Positions 27,440-37,545 of a stretch of 64,000 bases of DNA are shown in pieces. The notes under the pieces were generated by a model, which was given only the letters and a program-made list of their open reading frames with translations, made no database searches and was not told where the DNA came from. The translations under genes and the position numbers were made by a program. The stretch comes from Christensenella sp. (lineage in GTDB: Bacteria; Bacillota; Clostridia; Christensenellales; CAG-138). The stretch is from positions 26,412 through 90,411 of the forward strand of contig JAYFPQ010000069.1 of the NCBI GenBank assembly GCA_034927595.1. The letters run 5' to 3'. Positions within the stretch are counted from its first letter, which is position 1. The number at the start of each line of letters is the position of its first letter.

Positions 27440-27745
27440 ATGGGACTGCCAAAGAACAAGCAGACGGACGAACTCTTCGCCTCGATTCTGCAACTCAATA
27501 GCATAGACGAGTGCTACCGCTACTTCGAGGACATCTGCACGAGTCAGGAGGTGCGCGATCTTGGGCTGCGGCTGGAGATTGCCAAGGCGCTGGACGGCGG
27601 GGACTCCTATCAGTCGACGATTGAGAAAACCGGCGTCAGCACGGCGACCATCGGGCGCGTGAAACGCTGCCTGCTCTACGGCGCGGGGGGCTATCGTCTG
27701 GTGCTCGACCGGCTGCGCGCACAGCGCACGGAGGAAACACGATGA
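27440..27745 (+). CDS. yerC: TrpR-like repressor YerC/YecD (probable his regulator)
   Basis: ECYRYFEDICT, GVSTATIGRVKRCLLYGAGGY. Confidence 0.85.
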   Translation: MGLPKNKQTDELFASILQLNSIDECYRYFEDICTSQEVRDLGLRLEIAKALDGGDSYQSTIEKTGVSTATIGRVKRCLLYGAGGYRLVLDRLRAQRTEETR

Positions 27746-28839
27746 AACGGGACACGCTGAACACGCAGGAGCGCCTGACGCTGGGGCTGCGGGAGCTGTA
27801 TCAGGCATATGGCTACAGCCAATATAAGGTCGGCACGTTTGAGGAATACGACCTCTACGCGCGGAACAAGAAATTTTTAGAGAGCGAGCGCGTGCTCACA
27901 TTCAGCGACCAGAACGGAACCCTGCTCGCGCTCAAGCCGGACGTGACGCTCTCCATCGTGAAGAACGCGCCAAACGACGGGCGCACGAGCAAGGTCTGCT
28001 ACACGGAGACGGTCTACCGCGTGCCGAAGAACGCAACCGGTTTTCGCGAGATCCTGCAAACCGGGCTGGAGTGCATTGGCCGCGTGGACGCGTTTGCCCG
28101 CGCGGAGGTGCTCGCACTCGCGGAGAAGAGCCTCGCGATGATTGGCGAGCGCTACGTGCTGGACGTTTCGGACATCGGCGTGCTTTCCGGCGTGCTCGCG
28201 GAGGAGCCGATTGGTGACGCGGACTGCGCGCGGCTGATTGCCGCCGTGGGCGAAAAGAACCTGCACGGGCTGAGCGCGCTTTGCGAGTCACTTTCCGTTT
28301 CGCCGGAGACGCAGAGCTTGCTGCAATCGCTCGTTTCGATTCGAGGGCCGTTGCTGGAAACGCTGGCGCGGGTGGAGCAGCTTCCCCTGCCGGAGGGCAG
28401 CCGGAGCGCGCTGCAGGAGCTCAAAACGATTGGCACCATGCTGGCGCAATACGGCGCAAAGCAGGTGCAGCTCGATTTTTCGGTGGTCAACGACATGGAT
28501 TATTACAACGGCCTCGTCTTTCGCGGCTTTGTGGAAGGAATTCCAAACGGCGTGCTCGCGGGCGGGCGATACGACAATCTGCTCGCGCGCATGGGCAAGA
28601 GCGGCGAGGCGATTGGCTTTGCGGTATATGTGGATCAGCTCTCGCGCCTCTTTGACCAGCGGGCGGAGACGGACACCGACACGCTGATTCTCTACGATGA
28701 CGGGAGCGACTATGCCGCGCTGATTCGTAAGGCGGAGTCGCTGCGCAAGAAGGGCGTCCACGTGCGCGTGCAGCGCGAGGCGGAGTCCGATTGGACCAGC
28801 CGCGAGGTGATTCGAATGGATCGGGGGGCACGCGCATGA
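27742..28839 (+). CDS. hisZ: ATP phosphoribosyltransferase regulatory subunit
   Basis: LALKPDVTLSI, MDYYNGLVF, AGGRYDNL; precedes short hisG. Confidence 0.9.
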   Translation: MKRDTLNTQERLTLGLRELYQAYGYSQYKVGTFEEYDLYARNKKFLESERVLTFSDQNGTLLALKPDVTLSIVKNAPNDGRTSKVCYTETVYRVPKNATGFREILQTGLECIGRVDAFARAEVLALAEKSLAMIGERYVLDVSDIGVLSGVLAEEPIGDADCARLIAAVGEKNLHGLSALCESLSVSPETQSLLQSLVSIRGPLLETLARVEQLPLPEGSRSALQELKTIGTMLAQYGAKQVQLDFSVVNDMDYYNGLVFRGFVEGIPNGVLAGGRYDNLLARMGKSGEAIGFAVYVDQLSRLFDQRAETDTDTLILYDDGSDYAALIRKAESLRKKGVHVRVQREAESDWTSREVIRMDRGARA

Positions 28840-29468
28840 AGACAATGCTGAACGTAGCCCTGCCGAAAGGGCGGTTGGGGGACAAGGCCTACGGGCTGTT
28901 TGAGCGCGCGGGTTACGACTGCCCGGAGCTGCGCGAGGAGAACCGCAAGCTCACGTTTGAAAACGAGGAAAAGGGCGTTCGCTACTTCTGGGTCAAGCCG
29001 TCGGACGTGGCCATCTACGTCGAGCGCGGCGCGGCGGACGTTGGCGTCGCCGGGCGGGACATCCTGCTCGAGTACGCGCCGGATGTTTACGAGCTTCTCG
29101 ACCTCGGCATCGGCAAGTGCCGCATGTGCGTTGCGGGCCACCGCGACCAGCGGGACGACCACGCGAGCGTGCTGCGCGTGGCAACGAAGTTTCCGAACAT
29201 TGCGCGCCGGTTTTACACGAGCCGCAGCCGCGAGATCGACGTGATCCACCTCAACGGTTCCATCGAGCTCGCGCCGATTCTGGGGCTTTCGGACGTGATT
29301 GTCGATATCGTCGAAACGGGCAAAACGCTCGCGGAGAACGGACTTTTCGTGCTGGAGGAGATTGAACCCATCAGCGCACGGCTGATTGCGAACAAGGCGC
29401 ATTATAAATTCAAAGGCGAGGAGATCGACCGGCTGGTGCGAGGCCTGGAGGAGGTGATTGGCAAGTGA
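28836..29468 (+). CDS. hisG: ATP phosphoribosyltransferase (short form)
   Basis: VALPKGRL, KPSDVAIYVE, VDIVETG. Confidence 0.95.
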   Translation: MKTMLNVALPKGRLGDKAYGLFERAGYDCPELREENRKLTFENEEKGVRYFWVKPSDVAIYVERGAADVGVAGRDILLEYAPDVYELLDLGIGKCRMCVAGHRDQRDDHASVLRVATKFPNIARRFYTSRSREIDVIHLNGSIELAPILGLSDVIVDIVETGKTLAENGLFVLEEIEPISARLIANKAHYKFKGEEIDRLVRGLEEVIGK

Positions 29469-30745
29469 AGATTCTTTCCTATAATGAGATGGACAAACAA
29501 TCCCTCTTCTTTCGAACGCTGGAAAGCAGCGGCGTTGGGGATACGGTGCGCGAGATCATCGAGACGGTTTCGCAAGAAGGCGACCGCGCGCTCGTCGAAT
29601 ACGCGCGTCGGTTTGACCGCGCGGAGCTGACCGCGCTGGAGGTTACGCCAGCCGAACTGGACGCGGCGCTCGCCTCGATTCCGGCGGATCTGCTGCTTGC
29701 CATGCAAACCGCGGCGGAGAACATCCGCGCGTTCCACAGCATGCAGCTGCGCGAAGGCTTTCGGCTCGAACGCCCGAACGGCGTCTACCTCGGTCAAAAG
29801 GTCACACCCATCGAAAAGGTGGGGCTGTATATTCCCGGCGGCACAGCGAGCTACCCTTCCACGGTGTTTATGAACGCGATTCCCGCGAAACTCGCGGGCT
29901 GCCCGCTGATCGTAATGGTGTCCCCGCCGAACGCAAACGGAGTGATTGCCGCGCCGATTCTCGCGGCGGCAAAGCTCGCGGGCGTGGATCGCGTGTTCAA
30001 GGCGGGCGGGGCGCAGGCCGTCGCCGCGCTGGCCTACGGAACGGAGACGATCCCGAAGGTGGACAAGATCGTCGGTCCCGGCAACGCCTATGTCGCCGAG
30101 GCGAAACGGCAGGTATTCGGGCGCGTTGCGATCGACATGATCGCGGGGCCGAGCGAAATCCTCGTCGTCGCGGACGAAACGGCAAACGTGCGATACATTG
30201 CGGCGGATCTGTTGAGCCAGGCGGAGCACGACAAGTTGGCGACCGCCGTGCTGATTACCAACAGCAGCGATCTTGCCCAGCAGGTCAGCGCGGAGGTTGA
30301 GCGGCAGCTCAAAACGCTCCCGCGCGAGGAGATTGCCCGCGCGTCAATTGAGCAGAATGGCAAAATCATCGTTACGAACGATTTGCTTTGCGCGTTTGAC
30401 CTCGTCAACGAGCTCGCGCCGGAGCACCTCGAACTCTGTGTTTCCGAGCCGGAGCGGTGTCTGGCGTATGTGAAGAACGCGGGCTCCGTCTTTCTTGGCA
30501 ACGACTGTCCGGAGGCGCTGGGGGACTATCTTGCGGGGCCGAATCATACGCTGCCGACGAGCGGCACCGCGCGGTTTTCGAGTCCGCTTGGCGTGGACGA
30601 TTTTGTAAAGCGGACGCAGTATTCCTACTTCCCGAAAGAGGCGCTCGCGGAACTGAGCGCATCCATCGCGGTGTTTGCCCGCGCGGAAGGGCTGGAGGCG
30701 CACGCGCGCGCGGCGCTGATCCGCGGCGAGGGGGAAGGCATATGA
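29465..30745 (+). CDS. hisD: Histidinol dehydrogenase
   Basis: GLYIPGG, IDMIAGPSE, SQAEHD, APEHLEL, GPNHTLPT. Confidence 0.95.
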   Translation: MKILSYNEMDKQSLFFRTLESSGVGDTVREIIETVSQEGDRALVEYARRFDRAELTALEVTPAELDAALASIPADLLLAMQTAAENIRAFHSMQLREGFRLERPNGVYLGQKVTPIEKVGLYIPGGTASYPSTVFMNAIPAKLAGCPLIVMVSPPNANGVIAAPILAAAKLAGVDRVFKAGGAQAVAALAYGTETIPKVDKIVGPGNAYVAEAKRQVFGRVAIDMIAGPSEILVVADETANVRYIAADLLSQAEHDKLATAVLITNSSDLAQQVSAEVERQLKTLPREEIARASIEQNGKIIVTNDLLCAFDLVNELAPEHLELCVSEPERCLAYVKNAGSVFLGNDCPEALGDYLAGPNHTLPTSGTARFSSPLGVDDFVKRTQYSYFPKEALAELSASIAVFARAEGLEAHARAALIRGEGEGI

Positions 30746-31812
30746 GCCGGTTTTTGAGCGAAAAGTACGCCTCGCTGGTTCCCTACGTGCCCGGCGAACA
30801 GCCGCGGGACACGCAGTATGTGAAACTCAACACGAACGAATCCCCGTTTCCGCCCTCGCCCAAGGTACTCTCGGCGGTCGAGCGCGAGGCGAAGCGGCTG
30901 AATCTCTACAGCGATCCGGAATGCACGGAACTGAAGGCGGCGGCGGCAAAGCTCTACGGCGTGCGGCCGGAGCAGGTGCTGCCCGTCAACGGGTCGGACG
31001 AGATTCTCTACTTTGCGTTTCTCGCGTTTGGGGACGAGGCGCATCCGTTTGCGTTTCCGGACGTGAGCTACGGGTTTTACCCGGTCTATGCGTCATTTTG
31101 CAACGTGCCGAAGATCGAGGTTCCGCTGGCGGACGATCTCTCGGTCGATTACCGGGACTATCTGGATCTGGACGCGAGCATCCTGCTGGCCAATCCGAAC
31201 GCGCCGACGGGCACCTGCCTTCCGTTGGAGGAGATTGAGCAGATCGTTTCCGCAAACCCGAACCGGCTCGTGATGATCGACGAGGCATACGTTGACTTTG
31301 GCGGCGAGAGCTGCGTTCCGCTAATTGCGAAGTACGACAACCTGCTCGTGTTTCAAACGTTCTCCAAGAGCCGCTCGCTCGCGGGGGCGCGGCTGGGGTT
31401 CGGCATCGGCAGTCCTGCGGTGATTCGCGACCTCAACACGGTGAAGTATTCGATCAATCCATATAACGTCAACCGCATGACGCAGGCGGCGGGCGTCGCG
31501 GCCATTGAAGACGACGCGTACTACAAAGCCAACGCGCAGACGATTATCAAAACACGTGAGGCGACGGCGCGGCGGCTGACAGAACTTGGCTTTACGGTGC
31601 TGCCGTCCAAGGCGAACTTTCTGTTCGCGGGCAACGGCGCAATCGGCGGCGAGGCGCTCTATCGGGAGCTGAAGACGCGCGGGGTGCTGGTGCGCCACTT
31701 CACGAAGGAGCGCATTCAGAATTTCTGCCGCATTACGGTTGGAACCGGCGAGCAGATGGAGATTCTGCTGACCCACATCGAAGCGATTTTAAATACGAAA
31801 GGATGCGAATAA
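30742..31812 (+). CDS. hisC: Histidinol-phosphate aminotransferase
   Basis: KLNTNESP, NPNAPTG, DEAY, TFSKSRSLAGARLG. Confidence 0.95.
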   Translation: MSRFLSEKYASLVPYVPGEQPRDTQYVKLNTNESPFPPSPKVLSAVEREAKRLNLYSDPECTELKAAAAKLYGVRPEQVLPVNGSDEILYFAFLAFGDEAHPFAFPDVSYGFYPVYASFCNVPKIEVPLADDLSVDYRDYLDLDASILLANPNAPTGTCLPLEEIEQIVSANPNRLVMIDEAYVDFGGESCVPLIAKYDNLLVFQTFSKSRSLAGARLGFGIGSPAVIRDLNTVKYSINPYNVNRMTQAAGVAAIEDDAYYKANAQTIIKTREATARRLTELGFTVLPSKANFLFAGNGAIGGEALYRELKTRGVLVRHFTKERIQNFCRITVGTGEQMEILLTHIEAILNTKGCE

Positions 31813-31814
31813 CG

Positions 31815-32402
31815 ATGCGAACCGCAACCATTCAACGAACCACCGCCGAAACGGACATTTCGCTCTCGCTCAACCTCGACGGCAGCGGCAAGGGCGAAAT
31901 CAATACCGGCATCGGCTTTCTCGACCACATGCTGTCGCTCTTTGCGCGGCACGGGCGGTTTGACCTGTTGGTCTCCTGCAAAGGCGACACCGGGGTGGAC
32001 GACCACCACAGCGCGGAGGACATCGGCATTGCGCTGGGCGAGGCGCTGAAGGCGGCGCTCGGCGACACGCGCGGCATCCGGCGCTATGGCAGCCTGCTGC
32101 TGCCGATGGACGAGGCGCTCGTGCTCTGCGCGCTCGACCTTTCTGGGCGCGCAACACTGCGCTACCGCGCGAGCATCCCTTCGCAAAAAATCGGCACGTT
32201 TGACACCGAACTGATTCAGGAATTCTTTCTCGCGCTGAGCCGCACGGCGGGCATCACGCTGCACATCCAGCAGCTCGACGGCGAGAACTCGCACCACATC
32301 GCGGAGGCCATGTTTAAGGCGTTTGGCCGCGCGCTGAAGGAAGCGGTGTCGATTGACCCGGACGCGGCGGACGAAATTCCTTCGACAAAGGGCGTGCTAT
32401 GA
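31815..32402 (+). CDS. hisB: Imidazoleglycerol-phosphate dehydratase
   Basis: TGIGFLDHML, DDHHSAED, NSHHIAEA. Confidence 0.95.
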   Translation: MRTATIQRTTAETDISLSLNLDGSGKGEINTGIGFLDHMLSLFARHGRFDLLVSCKGDTGVDDHHSAEDIGIALGEALKAALGDTRGIRRYGSLLLPMDEALVLCALDLSGRATLRYRASIPSQKIGTFDTELIQEFFLALSRTAGITLHIQQLDGENSHHIAEAMFKAFGRALKEAVSIDPDAADEIPSTKGVL

Positions 32403-32403
32403 T

Positions 32404-33015
32404 ATGATTGCCATTGTGGACTACGGCGTGGGCAACCTCTTTTCGCTCAAGAGTTCGTTGAGCATGATTGGTGCAAAAGCGCTTGTTACCCGCGACGCGG
32501 AGGCGCTCCGCGCGGCGGATAAGATTATCCTCCCCGGCGTCGGCGCGTTTGAGGACGCGGCAAAGAAACTCCGCGCGACGGGGTTGGACGCGGTGGTCGT
32601 GGAGCAGGCAAGGGCGGGAAAGCCGCTGTTGGGCATTTGCCTCGGCATGCAGCTGCTGTTTGAGCGCAGCTTTGAGTACGGCGAGCACAAGGGACTTGGC
32701 TTGCTCAAAGGCGACGTGGTGGACATGCGCCCCCGCATTCCCGCCGAGCTCAAGGTGCCGCAGATCGGCTGGAACGCGCTGATCTTCAAACAGTCGGAGC
32801 ATCCGCTATTTCGCTATACAAGCGAGGGCGACTGCGTGTATTTCGTGCATAGCTACTACGCCTCCAACTGCGAGGAAAGCACGCTCGCAACCACGGAATA
32901 TGGCGCGGAGCTGACCGCGGCGGTCGGCAGCGGGAATATCCTCGGCTGCCAGTTCCACCCCGAAAAGAGCGGGCGCGTTGGGTTAAACATCCTGAAAGCA
33001 TTTTGCGAGATATAG
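32404..33015 (+). CDS. hisH: Imidazole glycerol phosphate synthase glutaminase subunit
   Basis: DYGVGNL, GICLGMQ, QFHPEKS. Confidence 0.95.
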   Translation: MIAIVDYGVGNLFSLKSSLSMIGAKALVTRDAEALRAADKIILPGVGAFEDAAKKLRATGLDAVVVEQARAGKPLLGICLGMQLLFERSFEYGEHKGLGLLKGDVVDMRPRIPAELKVPQIGWNALIFKQSEHPLFRYTSEGDCVYFVHSYYASNCEESTLATTEYGAELTAAVGSGNILGCQFHPEKSGRVGLNILKAFCEI

Positions 33016-33023
33016 GAAATAAG

Positions 33024-33740
33024 ATGATACTGTTACCGGCAATTGATCTCTACGAACAACAGGCGGTGCGCCTGCACCAGGGCGACTACGCCAAGATGAC
33101 CGTCTACAGCGACGACCCGGCCGCGCTGACCCGCGCGTTTTGCGACGCGGGCGCGGAATACCTGCATCTGGTCGATCTGGAGGGCGCGCGCTGCGGCGGG
33201 ACGCCGCACTTCGACCTCGTGAGCAGAATCGTTCGAACGAGCGGCATGCAGGTGGAAATCGGCGGCGGAATTCGCAACGAGGAAACGATTCTGCGCTACC
33301 TCGACGCGGGCGTACTACGCGTGATCCTCGGCACGGCGGCGGCAAACAACCTCGCGTTTGTGCGCGAGATGGTGGAGAAGTACGGTTCCGCCATCGCGGT
33401 TGGTGTTGATCTGCGAGACGGCATGGTCGCCGTCAAAGGCTGGACGGAGACGAGCGTACTTTCCGGCATGGAGTTCTGCAAGAGCCTGCAGGAGATCGGA
33501 GTTGCGACCGTCATCTGCACGGACATTGCGCGGGACGGGGCAATGGCGGGCACAAACCGCACGCTCTACCGCGAGTTGATGGGGGCGTTCAACATGAACT
33601 TCATCGCGTCCGGCGGGGTCAGCACAATCGACGACATCCGCGCGCTCAAGGAGCTGGGACTCTACGGTGCGATTGTCGGCAAGGCGTATTACACCGGCGC
33701 GATCAATCTCACCGAAGCGGTGCTGGAGGCAAACACATGA
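33024..33740 (+). CDS. hisA: ProFAR isomerase
   Basis: PAIDL, HLVDLEGA, GGGIR, TDIARDG. Confidence 0.95.
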   Translation: MILLPAIDLYEQQAVRLHQGDYAKMTVYSDDPAALTRAFCDAGAEYLHLVDLEGARCGGTPHFDLVSRIVRTSGMQVEIGGGIRNEETILRYLDAGVLRVILGTAAANNLAFVREMVEKYGSAIAVGVDLRDGMVAVKGWTETSVLSGMEFCKSLQEIGVATVICTDIARDGAMAGTNRTLYRELMGAFNMNFIASGGVSTIDDIRALKELGLYGAIVGKAYYTGAINLTEAVLEANT

Positions 33741-34495
33741 TTACAAAGCGCATCATTCCGTGCCTGGACGTCAAGGACGGGCGCGTGGTCAAGGGCGTGA
33801 ACTTTCTGGGGCTTAACGACGTGTCCGACCCCGTGAAGCTCGCGCAGTACTACAGCGAAAACGGCGCGGACGAGCTCGTGTTTTACGACATCACCGCCAG
33901 CGCGGAGGAACGCGCGCTGTTTACGGACATCCTCACGCGCGTGGCGGAGACAATCTTCATTCCGCTCACGGTTGGCGGCGGCATCAACACGCTCGACGAC
34001 TTCGACCGCGTGCTCAAGTGCGGCGCGGACAAGGTGAGCGTCAACTCCGGCGCGATTCGAAATCCCGCGCTGATCGGCGAGGCGGCGAAACGCTACGGCG
34101 ATCAATGCGTGGTGCTCTCCGTCGACGTCAAGCGCGTGGACGGCGCGTTCCACGTGTTTGCCAAGGGCGGGCGCGAGGACACCGGACTGGACGCGCTGGA
34201 CTGGATCAAACGCGGCGTGGACGCGGGCGCGGGCGAGATCGTGCTCAACTCCATCGATACGGACGGCGTGAAGCAGGGATTTGATCTAGAGATGTTGCGC
34301 GCGGTCTGCGAAATCGTCGGCGTGCCGGTGATCGCTTCCGGCGGCGCGGGCGGTGTAAAGGATTTTGTGACGCTGTTTCGCGAGCTGCCGAAGGTGGACG
34401 CGGGGCTCGCCGCCTCGATCTTCCACTTTGGCGAAGTGCGCATTCCAGACTTAAAACAGGCCCTGTTTGAAGCGGGCATTACGGTGCGGAGGTAA
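33737..34495 (+). CDS. hisF: Imidazole glycerol phosphate synthase cyclase subunit
   Basis: RIIPCLDV, DELVFYDI, SIDTDG, ASGGAG. Confidence 0.95.
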   Translation: MITKRIIPCLDVKDGRVVKGVNFLGLNDVSDPVKLAQYYSENGADELVFYDITASAEERALFTDILTRVAETIFIPLTVGGGINTLDDFDRVLKCGADKVSVNSGAIRNPALIGEAAKRYGDQCVVLSVDVKRVDGAFHVFAKGGREDTGLDALDWIKRGVDAGAGEIVLNSIDTDGVKQGFDLEMLRAVCEIVGVPVIASGGAGGVKDFVTLFRELPKVDAGLAASIFHFGEVRIPDLKQALFEAGITVRR

Positions 34496-34498
34496 CCC

Positions 34499-35149
34499 AT
34501 GCTGGACATTAAAACACTCAAATTCAACGAACAGGGGCTGATCCCTGCGATCGTGATCGATACCGAAACAAAGGACGTGCTCATGCTCGCGTACATGAAC
34601 GAGGAGAGCCTACGCGTGTCCATGGTGGAGGGCAGAACGTGCTTCTGGTCCCGCTCGCGGCAGGAACTCTGGCGCAAAGGCGAAACGAGCGGAAACGTGC
34701 AGCGAATCGTATCCATCACGGCGGACTGCGACGCGGACACGCTGCTCGTTGAGGTCAAAAAGGCGGGTCCCGCCTGCCACACCGGCGCACAGAGCTGCTT
34801 CTTTCAGCCGGTGTTCGAGGGCGAGGAACCGCCCGCGTTTCAGTACAGCGACCTCTTCGAGATGCTGCGTGGGCGTAAGGCGGAGCCGAAGGAAGGCAGC
34901 TACACGACGTATCTGTTTGAAAAGGGGATCGACAAGATTCTCAAGAAGGTCGGCGAGGAGACCACCGAGGTGATTCTCGCCGCGAAGGATCGCGATCACG
35001 CGAATACCATTTATGAAATTGGCGATTTGATGTATCATGTAATGGTGCTGATGATTGAGGCGGGCATTTCGCTCGACGAGATCAAGCGCGAGATGGCCTC
35101 CCGACACGTGATCGACCGCAAGGTAAAGCAGGAGAAGATGGTCGAGTAA
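34499..35149 (+). CDS. hisIE: Bifunctional PR-AMP cyclohydrolase / PR-ATP pyrophosphohydrolase
   Basis: [20 protein letters not shown]; KKVGEE. Confidence 0.95.
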   Translation: MLDIKTLKFNEQGLIPAIVIDTETKDVLMLAYMNEESLRVSMVEGRTCFWSRSRQELWRKGETSGNVQRIVSITADCDADTLLVEVKKAGPACHTGAQSCFFQPVFEGEEPPAFQYSDLFEMLRGRKAEPKEGSYTTYLFEKGIDKILKKVGEETTEVILAAKDRDHANTIYEIGDLMYHVMVLMIEAGISLDEIKREMASRHVIDRKVKQEKMVE

Positions 35150-35185
35150 CGCGCGGGATTTCGCAGCAAGGAGTACCACAGGAAC

Positions 35186-36010
35186 ATGATTCGGCAGAAC
35201 CTGCATACGCATAGTGAATGGGACGACGGAGCAAACACGCTCGAAGAGATGGCGCAGGCGGCGATTTCCGCGGGGCTGACCTCGCTGGGGTTCAGCGTGC
35301 ATTCGTATATGCCGTTTCCCTCCTTCTGGACGATTGAGGAAGCGCGCATTCCGGACTATACGCGCGCGGTGCATCGTCTTCGGGACGAATTTGCGGGTAC
35401 CCTCGCGATCTATCACGGCGCGGAGTGGGACACGCTCTCCAAGATGCCGCTGGACGGGTACGATTACGTGATCGGTTCGATTCACCATATTCAGGCGCGC
35501 GGACAAGGCAGCTGCGTGGACAACACGCCCGAGATGACGAAGCAATACATCGCTGAGCTCTTTGACGGCAGCGCGGACGCGGCGGCGGAGGCGTATTTTG
35601 CGCAGTACGAATCGCTCGCGAAGGTCGAGAAGGTCGGCATTGTCGGCCACTTTGACCTGTTGACCAAGTTCGACGAGATGGATCATTTTTACGACGCGGA
35701 TTCCCCGCGGTTTCGCGCGGCGGCCATCCGCGCAATGGACGCGCTCGTCGCGGCGAATAAGGTATTCGAGATCAACACCGGCGCGATTTCGCGGGGCTAT
35801 CGCACAATGCCGTATCCCTCGCGGACGCTATTAGCGGAACTCGGTCGCCGGAAGGCGAGAATCACCGTCAGTGCGGATGCGCACGCGGCAAGCGACGTTG
35901 CCTTCGGCTTTGCCGAAGCGGAAGCGCTCGCCATCGACTGCGGCTTTACGGAAGTCTGGCAGTTCGACGGGCGCGGCTTTGTACCAGTTTCAATTGGAGG
36001 CGGCGGATGA
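35186..36010 (+). CDS. hisK: PHP-family histidinol phosphatase
   Basis: HTHS, GSIH, GHFDL, EINTG, SADAH; position in his operon. Confidence 0.8.
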   Translation: MIRQNLHTHSEWDDGANTLEEMAQAAISAGLTSLGFSVHSYMPFPSFWTIEEARIPDYTRAVHRLRDEFAGTLAIYHGAEWDTLSKMPLDGYDYVIGSIHHIQARGQGSCVDNTPEMTKQYIAELFDGSADAAAEAYFAQYESLAKVEKVGIVGHFDLLTKFDEMDHFYDADSPRFRAAAIRAMDALVAANKVFEINTGAISRGYRTMPYPSRTLLAELGRRKARITVSADAHAASDVAFGFAEAEALAIDCGFTEVWQFDGRGFVPVSIGGGG

Positions 36011-36699
36011 ACACGATCTCTTCCCTGTTAAAGGGAAACCCATACCCCGGGCGGGGCATTCTGGTTGGCACGATCCGCGAGCGCGCGGTGATTGCCTATT
36101 TTCTCATGGGACGCAGCGAGAACAGCCGAAACCGCGTGTTTCGCGAGGAGGGGGATACGCTCCGTATCGACCTGTGCGACGACGGCAAGGCGACGTCCAC
36201 CAAGCTGATTCTCTACACGCCCGTGCGCGTCTGCAACGGCAGCATCATCGTGACCAACGGGGATCAGACGGAGACGATCTGCGAGAGCCTGCTCGGCGGG
36301 CATTCGTTTCAGTATGCGCTGAGCACCCGCGGCTATGAGCCGGACGCGCCGAACTATACCCCGCGCATCAGCGCCATGGTGCTGCCGACGGGGCGGTATA
36401 CGATTGGCATGCTGCGAAAATCCTCCCGCTCGGTGGACTGCGTGCGCAAGTACTGGAGTTACGACGCGCAGGAGGGGATCGGGCGCCTGATTCATACCTA
36501 CGAGAGCGACGGAAACCCGCTGCCGACGTTCGTCGGCGAGCCGCGCGAGCTGGCGCTCAGCGGCGAGCCGGAGGAGCTGGCGAGCGAGCTCTGGAGCGCG
36601 CTGGACGCGGACAACCGCATTTCGCTCTACGTTCGTTATACCGACCTCGCGAACGGGCGCTTCGAAAGCGCGATGCGCAACAAGCAGTTCGGGGACTGA
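36007..36699 (+). CDS. purO: Archaeal-type IMP cyclohydrolase (PurO-like)
   Basis: YPGRGI, YFLMGRSENSRNR, VTNGDQT, YEPDAPNYTPRIS, HTY. Confidence 0.75.
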   Translation: MNTISSLLKGNPYPGRGILVGTIRERAVIAYFLMGRSENSRNRVFREEGDTLRIDLCDDGKATSTKLILYTPVRVCNGSIIVTNGDQTETICESLLGGHSFQYALSTRGYEPDAPNYTPRISAMVLPTGRYTIGMLRKSSRSVDCVRKYWSYDAQEGIGRLIHTYESDGNPLPTFVGEPRELALSGEPEELASELWSALDADNRISLYVRYTDLANGRFESAMRNKQFGD

Positions 36700-36772
36700 G
36701 CGAGCGCGCGGGTTCGGCGAACTTTTCGACCTTACCAATCAAACCGAACGCGGGGAGTTTTCCCGCGCGAAA

Positions 36773-36798
36773 AAACGCCATCCGAAGATGGCGTTTTT
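36773..36798. terminator. Bidirectional terminator, copy 3 of AAACGCCATCC family
   Basis: AAACGCCATC-cgaa-GATGGCGTTTTT. Confidence 0.75.
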
Positions 36799-36814
36799 GT
36801 TTGCGCGTTTGTAG

Positions 36815-37180
36815 TTATTTCTTCTTCTTTTCGAGGTTCTGCGCCTTGCGAAACGCGGTGATGCGCTTCACGAGTTCCAGCGGCAGGGGCTGGTCGAGCG
36901 GAAACTGCACCGCGCCCTTGCTGAATTTGTAGCCTCCGAATTCCGACGCGAAGTGCTCAATTCCGTCCGAGCCGGGGTAAAAACCGATGTGGTGCGGATA
37001 CGCGGCGAAGTGGACGACGTTGCCGTTGAGGTAAAACGTCGGCATGCCGTAGGAAATCTTCTCCGTGGCTTCGGGGAGGATTTCGAGGATTGCGTCGCGC
37101 ATTTGGTTCAGTTTGGGCTGCACCTCGGGTGGGGAGGTGAGGATGTAGTCGGTGATGGGGGTGGACACTGGAGAACTCAC
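36815..37180 (-). CDS. DUF1801 (YdhG-like) protein
   Basis: EKISYGMPTF, HIGFYP, KGAVQFPLDQPLP. Confidence 0.85.
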   Translation of the reverse strand: MSSPVSTPITDYILTSPPEVQPKLNQMRDAILEILPEATEKISYGMPTFYLNGNVVHFAAYPHHIGFYPGSDGIEHFASEFGGYKFSKGAVQFPLDQPLPLELVKRITAFRKAQNLEKKKK

Positions 37181-37545
37181 CTGCTTTCTGTAAATTCCTC
37201 TGAATTCATCATACAGGATTCGACGTTTTGAGTAAATCTTGAGTTTTCAATTCAAATTATGATAAAAGGGATGGATGGAACAAGTTTCTTGACGAAATGA
37301 TTGGCTAATACTAGAATACACTTATAAAAAGTAAATATCGGAAAACGACAGTGAGAAAACGAATTATTCCAGACAATTCCTGAGATGAAGCACCAATAAT
37401 GAGAGTGAGGAGACGGATAAGGAAGCAATTAGAACAGAGCGTCATTTGCGCTTATGGAGCATACGGCGGGGAAGCTGACCAAGAATCAGCGATACGGATG
37501 GTAACACTTTGCACGACCTTAATAGGAAGAAAGGAAGTAAGTACC

